Positions 1-7,774 of a stretch of DNA of 64,000 nucleotides are shown piece by piece (the first letter of the stretch is position 1; each line of letters starts with the position of its first letter). A program made the translations under genes and the position numbers. Under the pieces are notes generated by a model. That model worked only from the letters and a program-made list of their open reading frames with translations, was not told where the DNA came from and made no database searches. The DNA comes from Parcubacteria group bacterium Gr01-1014_8 (GTDB taxonomy: Bacteria > Patescibacteriota > Minisyncoccia > Phycocordibacterales > UBA2100): positions 64,001-128,000 of the forward strand of contig VMGC01000005.1 of the NCBI GenBank assembly GCA_007376385.1, read 5' to 3'.

Positions 1-707
1 CAGTCGCGACGAACATGAAGATGGTGCCTGTCGAAGGTGTTGTTCGCGGATACCTGACGGGCGTTACTGATACGGCGATATGGACGCGATACTCACGTGG
101 CGTGAGGGATTTTGGGGACGTCGTGCTGCCGGATAGGATGAAGAAAAACCAGAAACTGCCGCAGCCTATTTTTGACCCGACAACAAAGGAAGAGACGCAC
201 GACAGGACGCTCACACCTGCTGAGATGATCGCAGAGGGGTTTATTACCGCGGGACTTTTTGAGAAAGTAAAAGAGAAGGCACTTGCGCTTTTTGCCCGTG
301 GGCGGGAGCTTGCTGCAAAGAGCGGGCTCATTCTCGTTGACACAAAGTATGAATTTGGAACTGACGAAAAGGGAGAATTAGTTCTCATTGACGAAATACA
401 TACCCCGGATTCGTCCCGCTATTGGTATTTAGAGTCGTATGAACAGCGTTTTGCGGAAGGTAAAGAGCCGGAGTATTTCGACAAAGAATTCTTGAGACTA
501 TGGTTTAAAAATAACTGCGATCCGTACAAGGATGCGGTCTTGCCCGAAGCTCCTGATGAGTTAGTGCAGGAAATGTCTCGCAGGTATATTCAGATGTACG
601 AGCAGATAACGGGCCTGAAATTTATTCCTGGCGATGTCCCGGTGGAAGCACGATTGGAGAAGAATCTGCAGCGATACCGAATTTATATATCATATTCCGA
701 TTCGTAA
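1..707 (+). CDS. purC: Phosphoribosylaminoimidazole-succinocarboxamide (SAICAR) synthase, C-terminal portion (5' end lies outside window)
   Basis: Translation matches the conserved SAICAR synthetase core (..VVRGYLTG.., LILVDTKYEFG, HTPDSSRYW). The ORF runs in from the window edge. Confidence 0.75.
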   Translation, partial: VATNMKMVPVEGVVRGYLTGVTDTAIWTRYSRGVRDFGDVVLPDRMKKNQKLPQPIFDPTTKEETHDRTLTPAEMIAEGFITAGLFEKVKEKALALFARGRELAAKSGLILVDTKYEFGTDEKGELVLIDEIHTPDSSRYWYLESYEQRFAEGKEPEYFDKEFLRLWFKNNCDPYKDAVLPEAPDELVQEMSRRYIQMYEQITGLKFIPGDVPVEARLEKNLQRYRIYISYSDS

Positions 708-1792
708 TAGGCCTGATAGTAACCTGAAGATGTTTCCCAGTACTCATATGTATCTTGAGGATACGTTGTTTGCTCAAGTTGGACAGAAGCTGGGTCCTGG
801 CTCCACGGCATTTGACCGCACATGCCGCTATCAGGCCCGTATTCTCCGCACCAACTGTCGTCGGGGGCTAATGGCTCCGGCACCCTCCATTCCTCGGTCG
901 GTTCATTTGGATCAATATATCCGTACGGGGGTTGATTTGGGTCATCACCAGGCACTTGATCGTCATCACCGCACCAATAGTCCCACATGCATGGGTCATG
1001 CACGTCTCCTTCCAGCTCGACTTCGTGAGCAGTGTCATAGCCACACCAATAGTCCCACCAGGAACACCCGTCTGTGTCTATGATGTCTTCTGTGTACACG
1101 TTGTCATGAAAATCGTCATATTCATCCCATTTGTCGTCGTAGTATATGGTCTCCTCAGAATAGGAGTTCTGCGCGCTATTTGAAGAATTTCCATAAAAAG
1201 GCGAGAACAGAGTATTTGCAACGGCAGGGAAATAGCCATACGGGAAAGTTTTTGCTGATACGTTTACATGTGTGGTCTGAACACATGGCACCCCAACACC
1301 TTGCGCGGTGAGCGTGTAGCTCATTGTTCTCGTCGGATTCACGGCGCGAGTGCCGCTTGGGGGAACACTCCCGAGATTCGTGATGAAGAGTTGCGATGCG
1401 TTCGATGAACCCCACGTGATTGTGGCGCTATGACCTTGTTCGATGTTCTGCGGCCACGCAGATATAAAACAGGATGGGCTACGAGCCATCACTGTGACCT
1501 CAGTGAAGCAAATGTGGTGGTCGGCACCTTTTCTGACGGTAAGCGCGAATTTTTTTGAGGCGGTGACTTGTACTGTTCTCCGGCCTGAAATAGGGACACT
1601 GCCGATGCCCTCAAGGGACGCGCTGGTTGCTCCGAACGAGGACCACGTCAGAGTTACGTTCTGTCCTGCCGCGACACGTTCAGGCGAAACTCGAATGGAA
1701 CAGCGGATATTGTCGCTGCTTTGCGCGGAGGCTGTAACTGGGAACAGCACCGCAACGAGTACACACAAAAGGGCGCGTCCAATAAACGCCAT
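683..1792 (-). CDS. Secreted repeat protein with acidic Trp/Tyr/Cys-rich C-terminal region (hypothetical)
   Basis: Signal peptide MAFIGRALLCVLVAVLFPVTASA. Two related ~90-aa repeats (TLTWSSFGATSASLEGIGSVP / TITWGSSNASQLFITNLGSVP). The C-terminus carries CxWWDYWCG-like motifs. Likely start is the ATG at 1792, directly behind a -10-like TATACT. Confidence 0.6.
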   Translation of the reverse strand: MAFIGRALLCVLVAVLFPVTASAQSSDNIRCSIRVSPERVAAGQNVTLTWSSFGATSASLEGIGSVPISGRRTVQVTASKKFALTVRKGADHHICFTEVTVMARSPSCFISAWPQNIEQGHSATITWGSSNASQLFITNLGSVPPSGTRAVNPTRTMSYTLTAQGVGVPCVQTTHVNVSAKTFPYGYFPAVANTLFSPFYGNSSNSAQNSYSEETIYYDDKWDEYDDFHDNVYTEDIIDTDGCSWWDYWCGYDTAHEVELEGDVHDPCMWDYWCGDDDQVPGDDPNQPPYGYIDPNEPTEEWRVPEPLAPDDSWCGEYGPDSGMCGQMPWSQDPASVQLEQTTYPQDTYEYWETSSGYYQAYYESEYDI

Positions 1793-1798
1793 GCAGAC

Positions 1799-1819
1799 AG
1801 TATACCCCTGAGATAAATC
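1799..1819 (-). promoter_or_regulatory. Promoter-like motif TTATCTCAGGGGTATACT immediately upstream of start codon (leaderless arrangement)
   Basis: An instance of the recurrent motif TTATCTCAYGGGG plus a -10-like hexamer. The hexamer ends 6 nt before the ATG at 1792. Confidence 0.45.
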
Positions 1820-1868
1820 CTTTAGGGCGAAGCACCACCCCTTCACTGTGGAGAAGTTTTCCAGTTAG

Positions 1869-1883
1869 CCCCGTGAGATAAAG
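1869..1883 (-). promoter_or_regulatory. Second copy of the TTATCTCAYGGGG motif (reverse orientation), partner of 1952-1970
   Basis: CCCCGTGAGATAAAG is the reverse complement of the motif. It forms an inverted pair with the purB-proximal copy 77 nt away. Confidence 0.4.
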
Positions 1884-1951
1884 CGATTAAATATTGCTAG
1901 TCGTGTCGAGATTGATAATATTGTTTGGGCGATGCAAACACTCGTTTTTTG

Positions 1952-1970
1952 TTATCTCATGGGGTAAAAT
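1952..1970 (+). promoter_or_regulatory. Putative purB promoter: TTATCTCATGGGG + TAAAAT (-10-like)
   Basis: The motif is followed by TAAAAT, ~33 nt upstream of the purB ATG. Confidence 0.45.
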
Positions 1971-2003
1971 GCTACATTAGATAGGAAACACACACGTTTT
2001 TAT

Positions 2004-3404
2004 ATGCCTCTTCACACATTGCAGGCGATAACGTCACTCGATGGTCGTTACCGCATGCTTGTTGAAGACTTGGCTACACACCTCAGCGAGTTTGCACTCC
2101 ACAAAAACAGACTCCGAGTTGAGTGCGAGTATCTGATCGCGCTTTCTGAGGAAAAGAAGGTAGGCGTGCGAAAGCTAACAGAAGAAGAAAAGAAGACGCT
2201 CCGTTCGATGGCGGAGAATTTTTCTCTCGAGGATGCCGCAATTGTGCAAAAAATAGAAAAAGAAGGAAGAAATGGTATTCCCGCGACAAATCACGACGTT
2301 AAAGCTGTAGAGTATTTTCTCAAATTGAAACTCGATGAGACCTCCCTCAAAGATGTGCGCGAGTGGGTTCACTTTGCGCTTACGTCTGAAGATATTAATT
2401 CGGTCGCGTACGGTCTGATGCTCCGAGGAGCGCTCGAGGACGTCATACTGATGACGCTCGACGACGTTAGAGGCGTTCTTGAGGATCTCGCGAATGAATA
2501 TGCTTCAACGCCAATGCTTGCGCGAACACACGGACAGCCGGCGTCGCCCACAACCTTCGGCAAGGAGATGCGTGTTTTTGAAAGGCGGCTGGAGAAGCAG
2601 TTGAAGGGTGTCGGCATAAGCCCCATCCTCGTAAAATTTGGCGGTGCTACAGGAAATTGGAATGCTCACTCTGTTGCCGTGCCCGATGTTGATTGGCATG
2701 AGTTTAGCAAAAGATTCATAGAGAGTTTTAATAAAGATTCAGCGGTGCCGCTCGGGCTTAATGATGCGACAACTCAGATTGAACCTCACGATACATACGC
2801 TGAGCTTTTCGATGCGATGCGCCGTATCAATGTCATTCTTATCGATCTATCGGAGGATATGTGGCGATACATAAGCGATGGATGGGTTACGCAGAAGCCG
2901 AATGAGGGAGAGATAGGCTCTTCCGCCATGCCGCATAAAGTAAATCCGATTGATTTTGAAAATGCGGAAGGGAATTTGGGAGTGGCGAACGCGTTGTTCA
3001 ATCACTTTTCGAATAAGCTCCCGATCTCCCGTTTACAGCGCGATCTTTCCGATTCGACTGTCGAGCGCGTTTTTGGTTCGGCATTTGCGCATTCGCTCGC
3101 GGCATACAAATCCTTGTTGAAGGGACTAGGAAAAATAAGCGTGAATAAAGATGCGCTCCAACAGGCACTCGACGCGCATCCCGAAGTTTTGTCGGAAGCG
3201 ATTCAGACGGTTCTTCGAAAAGAGGGAGTTGAAGTCCCATACGAAAAACTTAAAGAACTGACAAGAGGGAAGAAAGTGACCCTCTTAGATTTTGCTAAAT
3301 TTATTGCGGAACTGGACATTTCTGATGCGGTAAAGGAAAAGTTGAAACAACTGAGACCGCACAATTACACTGGATTGGCATCGAAGATCGCAAGGCAAAA
3401 ATAA
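2004..3404 (+). CDS. purB: Adenylosuccinate lyase
   Basis: Fumarate-lyase superfamily signature GSSAMPHKVNPIDFEN. N-terminal ..LDGRY.. and overall length are typical of PurB. Confidence 0.9.
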   Translation: MPLHTLQAITSLDGRYRMLVEDLATHLSEFALHKNRLRVECEYLIALSEEKKVGVRKLTEEEKKTLRSMAENFSLEDAAIVQKIEKEGRNGIPATNHDVKAVEYFLKLKLDETSLKDVREWVHFALTSEDINSVAYGLMLRGALEDVILMTLDDVRGVLEDLANEYASTPMLARTHGQPASPTTFGKEMRVFERRLEKQLKGVGISPILVKFGGATGNWNAHSVAVPDVDWHEFSKRFIESFNKDSAVPLGLNDATTQIEPHDTYAELFDAMRRINVILIDLSEDMWRYISDGWVTQKPNEGEIGSSAMPHKVNPIDFENAEGNLGVANALFNHFSNKLPISRLQRDLSDSTVERVFGSAFAHSLAAYKSLLKGLGKISVNKDALQQALDAHPEVLSEAIQTVLRKEGVEVPYEKLKELTRGKKVTLLDFAKFIAELDISDAVKEKLKQLRPHNYTGLASKIARQK

Positions 3405-3419
3405 CTTTTTCGGACATTT

Positions 3420-3885
3420 CACAGGTGTGCAGTATCCGAGAAAGCGGGGAACTTGACGTTCCCCACCTGTCGGTCATGTTGTCACGAAATACTGTCAGTT
3501 GTGAACTGGACAGTCGCGGGCGGCCGCATGACCAGTGCAGGTACACACCTTTTTAGGGGTGGGTGGAGGTTTGATCCTCGCCGGTTCCGGCCCTTCACCA
3601 AGACGATGGTTATCGTAGTGGCTTCGCGGCGGTTGTACCGGTTTCTCTCCCTGTGCCATTTTCACCTCCATGGCGGTTAGGGTTGAAGTTCGTCCTCTCG
3701 CACTGCGAGAGGCAACTGGGCGAACTTGCTGGTATAGAATCGGCTCCGCCGATACACACCAGTCTTATCGCCTCATCCGTACGTCTGTTTCGCACGGATG
3801 AGGCGATAACCCCAGATAAAGAACATCCGCTCTTACGTAAAAGTCACCCCTCACGTAAGAGGGGATCGAGTTGATACGGTTGTTG
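3420..3885. ncRNA. Unclassified GC-rich, highly structured intergenic region (candidate large structured RNA)
   Basis: ~470 nt between purB and the TrpR-like gene, with GC clearly above the flanking sequence. Four overlapping ORFs (3301..3546 -, 3453..3680 +, 3610..3795 -, 3653..3874 +) are called across it, the usual signature of GC-rich non-coding RNA. Many near-perfect hairpins, e.g. a 16-bp perfect stem at 3765-3809, CCTCTCGC-ACT-GCGAGAGG at 3697-3715 and GGGGAAC-TTGAC-GTTCCCC at 3446-3464. Short RNase P-like strings occur (GGGTGA..GTAAGAGCG on the minus strand; GACCAGTGCA on the plus strand), but I could not assemble a P4 pseudoknot or a tmRNA acceptor/T-arm. Confidence 0.35.
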
Positions 3886-3887
3886 TA

Positions 3888-4202
3888 TCAGCGCGCTCCT
3901 CTCCCACGGGAGATAAGAGCGCCATGATGCAGGCGCGGAATAATGGTCTTGTAGCCACCTTTCCCTTTTTGAAGCCATTTTGAGACGCGGGCGATGGTGG
4001 TCGAGCTGAATCCCGTTGCTTTCTTTATATCTGAATAGGGGATATTTTCACTAAGCATTTCCGCAGTTTTGAGACGACCGGCAAATTCCTTGAGCTCGCT
4101 TTTAGTGAGAAGGTCGCGCAAAAAGCACCGTACTTCTTCAGTGGAGCGTAGCGCCAAAATGGCGGCTATCAATTGTTTACTTTCCAGGCTTTTCCAGTCC
4201 AT
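3888..4202 (-). CDS. TrpR-like DNA-binding protein, YerC/YecD family
   Basis: 104 aa with the layout of YerC-type TrpR homologues (..AILALRSTEEVRCFLRDLLT..LKEFAGRLKTAEML..; HTH IKKATGFSSTTIARVSKWL). Confidence 0.7.
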   Translation of the reverse strand: MDWKSLESKQLIAAILALRSTEEVRCFLRDLLTKSELKEFAGRLKTAEMLSENIPYSDIKKATGFSSTTIARVSKWLQKGKGGYKTIIPRLHHGALISRGRGAR

Positions 4203-4240
4203 TCGACCACTTTACTAGAGTAAAGCGATGTGTCAAGACA

Positions 4241-4636
4241 TTACAGTGCCTCTATTCTGAATGACTCGAAACTCACGTCCATGAAATCGGTGCGGACGCC
4301 TGCACGACCCGCTTCAATAATAGGAGGTGTTCCGCCGAACACTCTACCGTCGTCTTTTGCTTCCAGAAGCTTTTTCCAAGTTGTCTCGCCGCTCTTTTGC
4401 ATGAAGAGATTGATCGTAATAGAGCCGTCGGCGTTGCGCACATTTTCGACTCGCAGACCTATCCACGTCTGATGGGGAAGCATGTTTATTTTCTCTCCTT
4501 GCACGTACGAACCGGCGAATATCTGCTTTTGTGCCATCGTGTAATATGTGCCTTTGTATTTTTTCTTTATGACCGCCGTACCATCGACGCGAATGCCGGC
4601 GTAGTACAGAGTGTCTTTGTCTATATAGCGGCTCAT
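4241..4636 (-). CDS. Hypothetical protein (possible DUF1080/LamG-like C-terminal fragment)
   Basis: The ORF has protein-like composition. The start probably lies at the internal Met (MSRYIDKD..); the upstream extension is GC-rich and unlikely to be coding. The C-terminus (..GRVFGGTPPIIEAGRAGVRTDFMDVSFESFRIEAL) resembles the end of DUF1080-type domains. No function assigned. Confidence 0.35.
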   Translation of the reverse strand: MSRYIDKDTLYYAGIRVDGTAVIKKKYKGTYYTMAQKQIFAGSYVQGEKINMLPHQTWIGLRVENVRNADGSITINLFMQKSGETTWKKLLEAKDDGRVFGGTPPIIEAGRAGVRTDFMDVSFESFRIEAL

Positions 4637-4967
4637 AAGCAGGATCATGATCAACGAGGGGCTTAGCCTGATAAATGAGGCGCATTCATGTACGCCGGGG
4701 AGACCGTGCCCCCTCAGGCCGCACGATCTCCCCGGCTTACACGACCAACTTCGCATCAGAGTTGGCTGATACCTCGGGCGTCACCTGTGTCATAGGCTAG
4801 TATCGTCAACTGCTAATTTTGAGGCGACAGGTGCCGCAGAGACATAGATCCCTGCGGGTCTGTGCGCTCATAAAGGAACTAGCTCTCCGAACACTGTACA
4901 GAAAAGTTATGAACCATGTATGAAGAAAGACTTAGTTGATATTTTTTGCTGAATATCAGCGCTTGTA

Positions 4968-6170
4968 TCAGAGGAGGTTGTTTGGCCTGTGGGAATAATC
5001 GACGGCTATTTCGTCACTGCCCCTGTCGCTCCGTCCTTTTTGGTCCTTATCTTCATTGCCGGCAGGGAAGAGCACTGTCACCGAAGTACCTCGTCCTTCT
5101 GCGCTCCTCACTGATATTTTTCCACCGTGCTGCTTTACAAGTTCGCTCACAATGGTAAGACCGAGCCCGCTTCCTCCTGAAACGCGATTGCGCGAGCGAT
5201 CCGCTCGATAGAACGGCTCGAAGATACGGAAGAGATCTGAGCGGGCGATGCCGGTCCCTGAATCCTGGATGGAGAGCTCTATCGTATTAGGGCCCGTGCC
5301 CTCCACTGTGATGCCGACCCGACCTTTTAGGGATGAGTACGTTATTGCGTTCTTCAAGATATTCGTGACTATCTGTTCAAGAGCGGCTGAATTTCCCCAT
5401 ACAATGCGCCAATCACTCATGCGCGTCGTGACTTCGAGGTGCTTACGTTCTGCAAGTCCACGCATCTTTTTTGTCACATTCTCTACAATGGTGCCGAGGT
5501 CTACATTGTCGAATTCAATACGTTCCGGCCGCACGGAATTAGAAAGCGTGAGCAGGTTATTGATGATATCCGAGATGCGGTCAAGCTCTTCGACGTTGCT
5601 TGTCATGATATCCCGCAGTTCTCGGTTCATATCAGCGTCGAACAATGCCACCTCAGTGTTTGTCTTTATTGTGGAGAGTGGCGTGCGAAGCTCGTGTGCG
5701 ATATTGCCGATGAATTGTTTTTGAGAATTTAGCGCATTTCGCACGGGACCCAGCGTGACGTATGCGATGACGTACGAAAATAGCATCGTGATCCCGATAA
5801 CGCTGGTGATGACGATAATGACATTACGCGTCTGCAAATACTGGAGTTCGGACACGATGTTCGCACCTATCGTGCTTGGTGCGATATTCGATGTCGCGCT
5901 TTCCACGATGCCGAGGGAAAGCACGTTGACCACGTCTTGGTACAAGAATGAGAGCGAAATGGCTGCGATAGCGAGGACGAGCATTCCAAAGCTGCACTGC
6001 AGGGCCAGCACGTTCACTTCTGTGCGGAAGAACGGCTCGTATCTATATTTATCCGCGAAGCCGATAACCAATCCCACGGACCGTTTCCAGAGGGTTTTCG
6101 CTCTCTCCACTGCCAAGCTTTTTTCGAAGATTTTTAACATGGACGTCAACGACATTACTGAATGAGGCAT
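4968..6170 (-). CDS. Sensor histidine kinase (two TM segments, HisKA + HATPase_c)
   Basis: H-box NIAHELRTPLSTI. HATPase motifs (NAITYS.., DSGTGI, GGSGLGLTIV). Two predicted TM helices. The annotated 5' end overlaps the upstream regulator by 122 nt; a GTG start just after the regulator stop (~6030) is more likely. Confidence 0.85.
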   Translation of the reverse strand: MPHSVMSLTSMLKIFEKSLAVERAKTLWKRSVGLVIGFADKYRYEPFFRTEVNVLALQCSFGMLVLAIAAISLSFLYQDVVNVLSLGIVESATSNIAPSTIGANIVSELQYLQTRNVIIVITSVIGITMLFSYVIAYVTLGPVRNALNSQKQFIGNIAHELRTPLSTIKTNTEVALFDADMNRELRDIMTSNVEELDRISDIINNLLTLSNSVRPERIEFDNVDLGTIVENVTKKMRGLAERKHLEVTTRMSDWRIVWGNSAALEQIVTNILKNAITYSSLKGRVGITVEGTGPNTIELSIQDSGTGIARSDLFRIFEPFYRADRSRNRVSGGSGLGLTIVSELVKQHGGKISVRSAEGRGTSVTVLFPAGNEDKDQKGRSDRGSDEIAVDYSHRPNNLL

Positions 6171-6723
6171 AATTAAAATCCCATAGATTAGTTAATAGAT
6201 CTTCCCGATTCACGACCTGATTCGGGTGCCGCATGAAATACTCCAATAATCCAAATTCTTTTAGCGTAAGCGGTATCTCTTCCCCGTCTCTTTTCACTGT
6301 CCGTTCGACCGGATTGAGTTCGATGTTGCTCACGGAAATGATCTTGGGCACTGTTTCCGTCGGGCGGCGAAGCAGAGCGTGCACTCGTGCAGCTAGTTCC
6401 TTGAAAGAAAACGGCTTGACGAGATAATCATCGGCGCCGGAAAGCAAGAGTTCCACTTTACGATCTGTTTCGTTGCGAGCGGTAAGAATAAGAATTGGCA
6501 CTGTGACGCCCCATTCCCTGACGGTTTTGCATATTTCTGCGCCGTCCATCGAAGGAAGCATCAGGTCTAGAATAACAAGGTCGTAATCGCTTCGGTGAAG
6601 GGAGATGCGGTTCAATGCCTTCTTGCCGTCATGGATCGTGTCCACGGTGTACCCCTTTAGACTTAAGCCGCGGGCCAGCGCATCAGCTAACTTTTGTTCG
6701 TCCTCAACAAGTAATATTTTCAT
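6049..6723 (-). CDS. OmpR-family response regulator
   Basis: Receiver domain (LLVEDE..D..ILDLMLP..DG) followed by a winged-helix trans_reg_C domain (..LTLKEFGLLEYF..VHVKNLRKKL..GIGYRL). Confidence 0.9.
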   Translation of the reverse strand: MKILLVEDEQKLADALARGLSLKGYTVDTIHDGKKALNRISLHRSDYDLVILDLMLPSMDGAEICKTVREWGVTVPILILTARNETDRKVELLLSGADDYLVKPFSFKELAARVHALLRRPTETVPKIISVSNIELNPVERTVKRDGEEIPLTLKEFGLLEYFMRHPNQVVNREDLLTNLWDFNYASFSNVVDVHVKNLRKKLGSGESENPLETVRGIGYRLRG

Positions 6724-6885
6724 GGTCGTGCATTGTTTTCTGCTAAGCTAAAAAGAACCGCCTTCGCGAAGTATAGAGCGGAAAGATGAAGACTTCATGA
6801 GATTACAGACGAAAACAGGTCCGCATCTCTTACGTTGGGTCTCTGAAAGAGCCATGGCGTGGCTCAATGCAGGCGCAATGTGTGT

Positions 6886-7003
6886 GATTTATTTGCGAGC
6901 GTTGCGAGTGAAACGCAAAAGAGCACTTTTGCATTTCCGAGCCGAGGAGCAAACACAGGTTCAATACCTCGGAGCAAGCTCCGAGGAACCTTTATTGCTT
7001 AAG
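6886..7003 (+). repeat. Intergenic structured repeat, family 1, copy 1 (~115 nt; also at 35134-35254 and, diverged, 59114-59222)
   Basis: Near-identical to 35134-35254. Contains TTGCGAG-CG-TTGCGAG, a GCAAAAG/CTTTTGC hairpin, CCGAGG..CCTCGG..CCGAGG alternative pairings, and an AGG-TTCAATA-CCT hairpin resembling a tRNA T-loop. Confidence 0.6.
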
Positions 7004-7774
7004 ACCTAGCCCTGTGCGGATGAAGTACCAATTGGCAGCAATGAGGATAGCCACTAACACTACAAGTATCGAGACTGACATGTAGAGGGAAACGTCAGTA
7101 ATGCCGAGGAATCCGTAGCGGAAACCGTTGATGAGGTAGAAAAGGGGATTTGCGTACGTTATCGCCTGCCACCAATCGGGAAGCGAATGGACCGAGTAGA
7201 AAATACCACCGAGGTAGACGAGTGGTGTCAGGAAGAATGTGGGGACGATGTTGATGCCATCGATCGTTTTCGCATAGATGCCGTTCACGAGTCCTGCGAG
7301 AGCGAAAACGAGTGCGGTGAGGAGGGCGAATCCTAGGATGACGAGGACGCTATGAATGGTGAGCGAGAGGCCAGTGAAAAAGAGTGACACCATAAGCACT
7401 AGTGCGCCGACGAGGATGCCGCGTATCACGCCTCCGCCAACAAAGCCAGCAATAAGAAGCCATGGCGGCGTAGGGGAGACGAGAATTTCATCGATCGAGC
7501 GTGCGAAGAATTTTGACGTAAAGAACATGAATGACGTATTCGCGTATGATGTTGTGACGATAGCGAGCATCACGAGACCGGGAACGACGAATGTCATGTA
7601 ATCGACACCTTGCATGTCACCAATACGGGAGCCAAGCACGGTTCCGAACACGAGAAAGTAGAGAGTGGAAGTGATAACGCTCGGAAGAAATGTCTGGACC
7701 CAAATGCGGAACATGCGGACAATGTCCTTTCGTATCATGGTGTAGAACGCGATCCATTTTTGGTAGGGAGTCAT
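6992..7774 (-). CDS. ABC-2 family transporter permease
   Basis: Six predicted TM helices in an ABC-2 type permease architecture. The start overlaps the upstream ORF stop by 4 nt. Confidence 0.8.
   Translation of the reverse strand: MTPYQKWIAFYTMIRKDIVRMFRIWVQTFLPSVITSTLYFLVFGTVLGSRIGDMQGVDYMTFVVPGLVMLAIVTTSYANTSFMFFTSKFFARSIDEILVSPTPPWLLIAGFVGGGVIRGILVGALVLMVSLFFTGLSLTIHSVLVILGFALLTALVFALAGLVNGIYAKTIDGINIVPTFFLTPLVYLGGIFYSVHSLPDWWQAITYANPLFYLINGFRYGFLGITDVSLYMSVSILVVLVAILIAANWYFIRTGLGLKQ

Noticed and set aside
3420-3885. Assignment of the GC-rich block as RNase P RNA or tmRNA
   Set aside because: Partial matches to RNase P conserved region II and to a tmRNA-like 5' string were seen. No orientation yields both P4 strands or an acceptor stem with a T-arm. 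A minus-strand RNase P would have to run into the well-supported TrpR-like gene. The region is left unclassified.
6797-7009. 70-aa ORF overlapping repeat family 1 copy 1
   Set aside because: The ORF is generated by the repeat element itself. The same sequence elsewhere (35134-35254) is read in a different context, and there is no coding signal.
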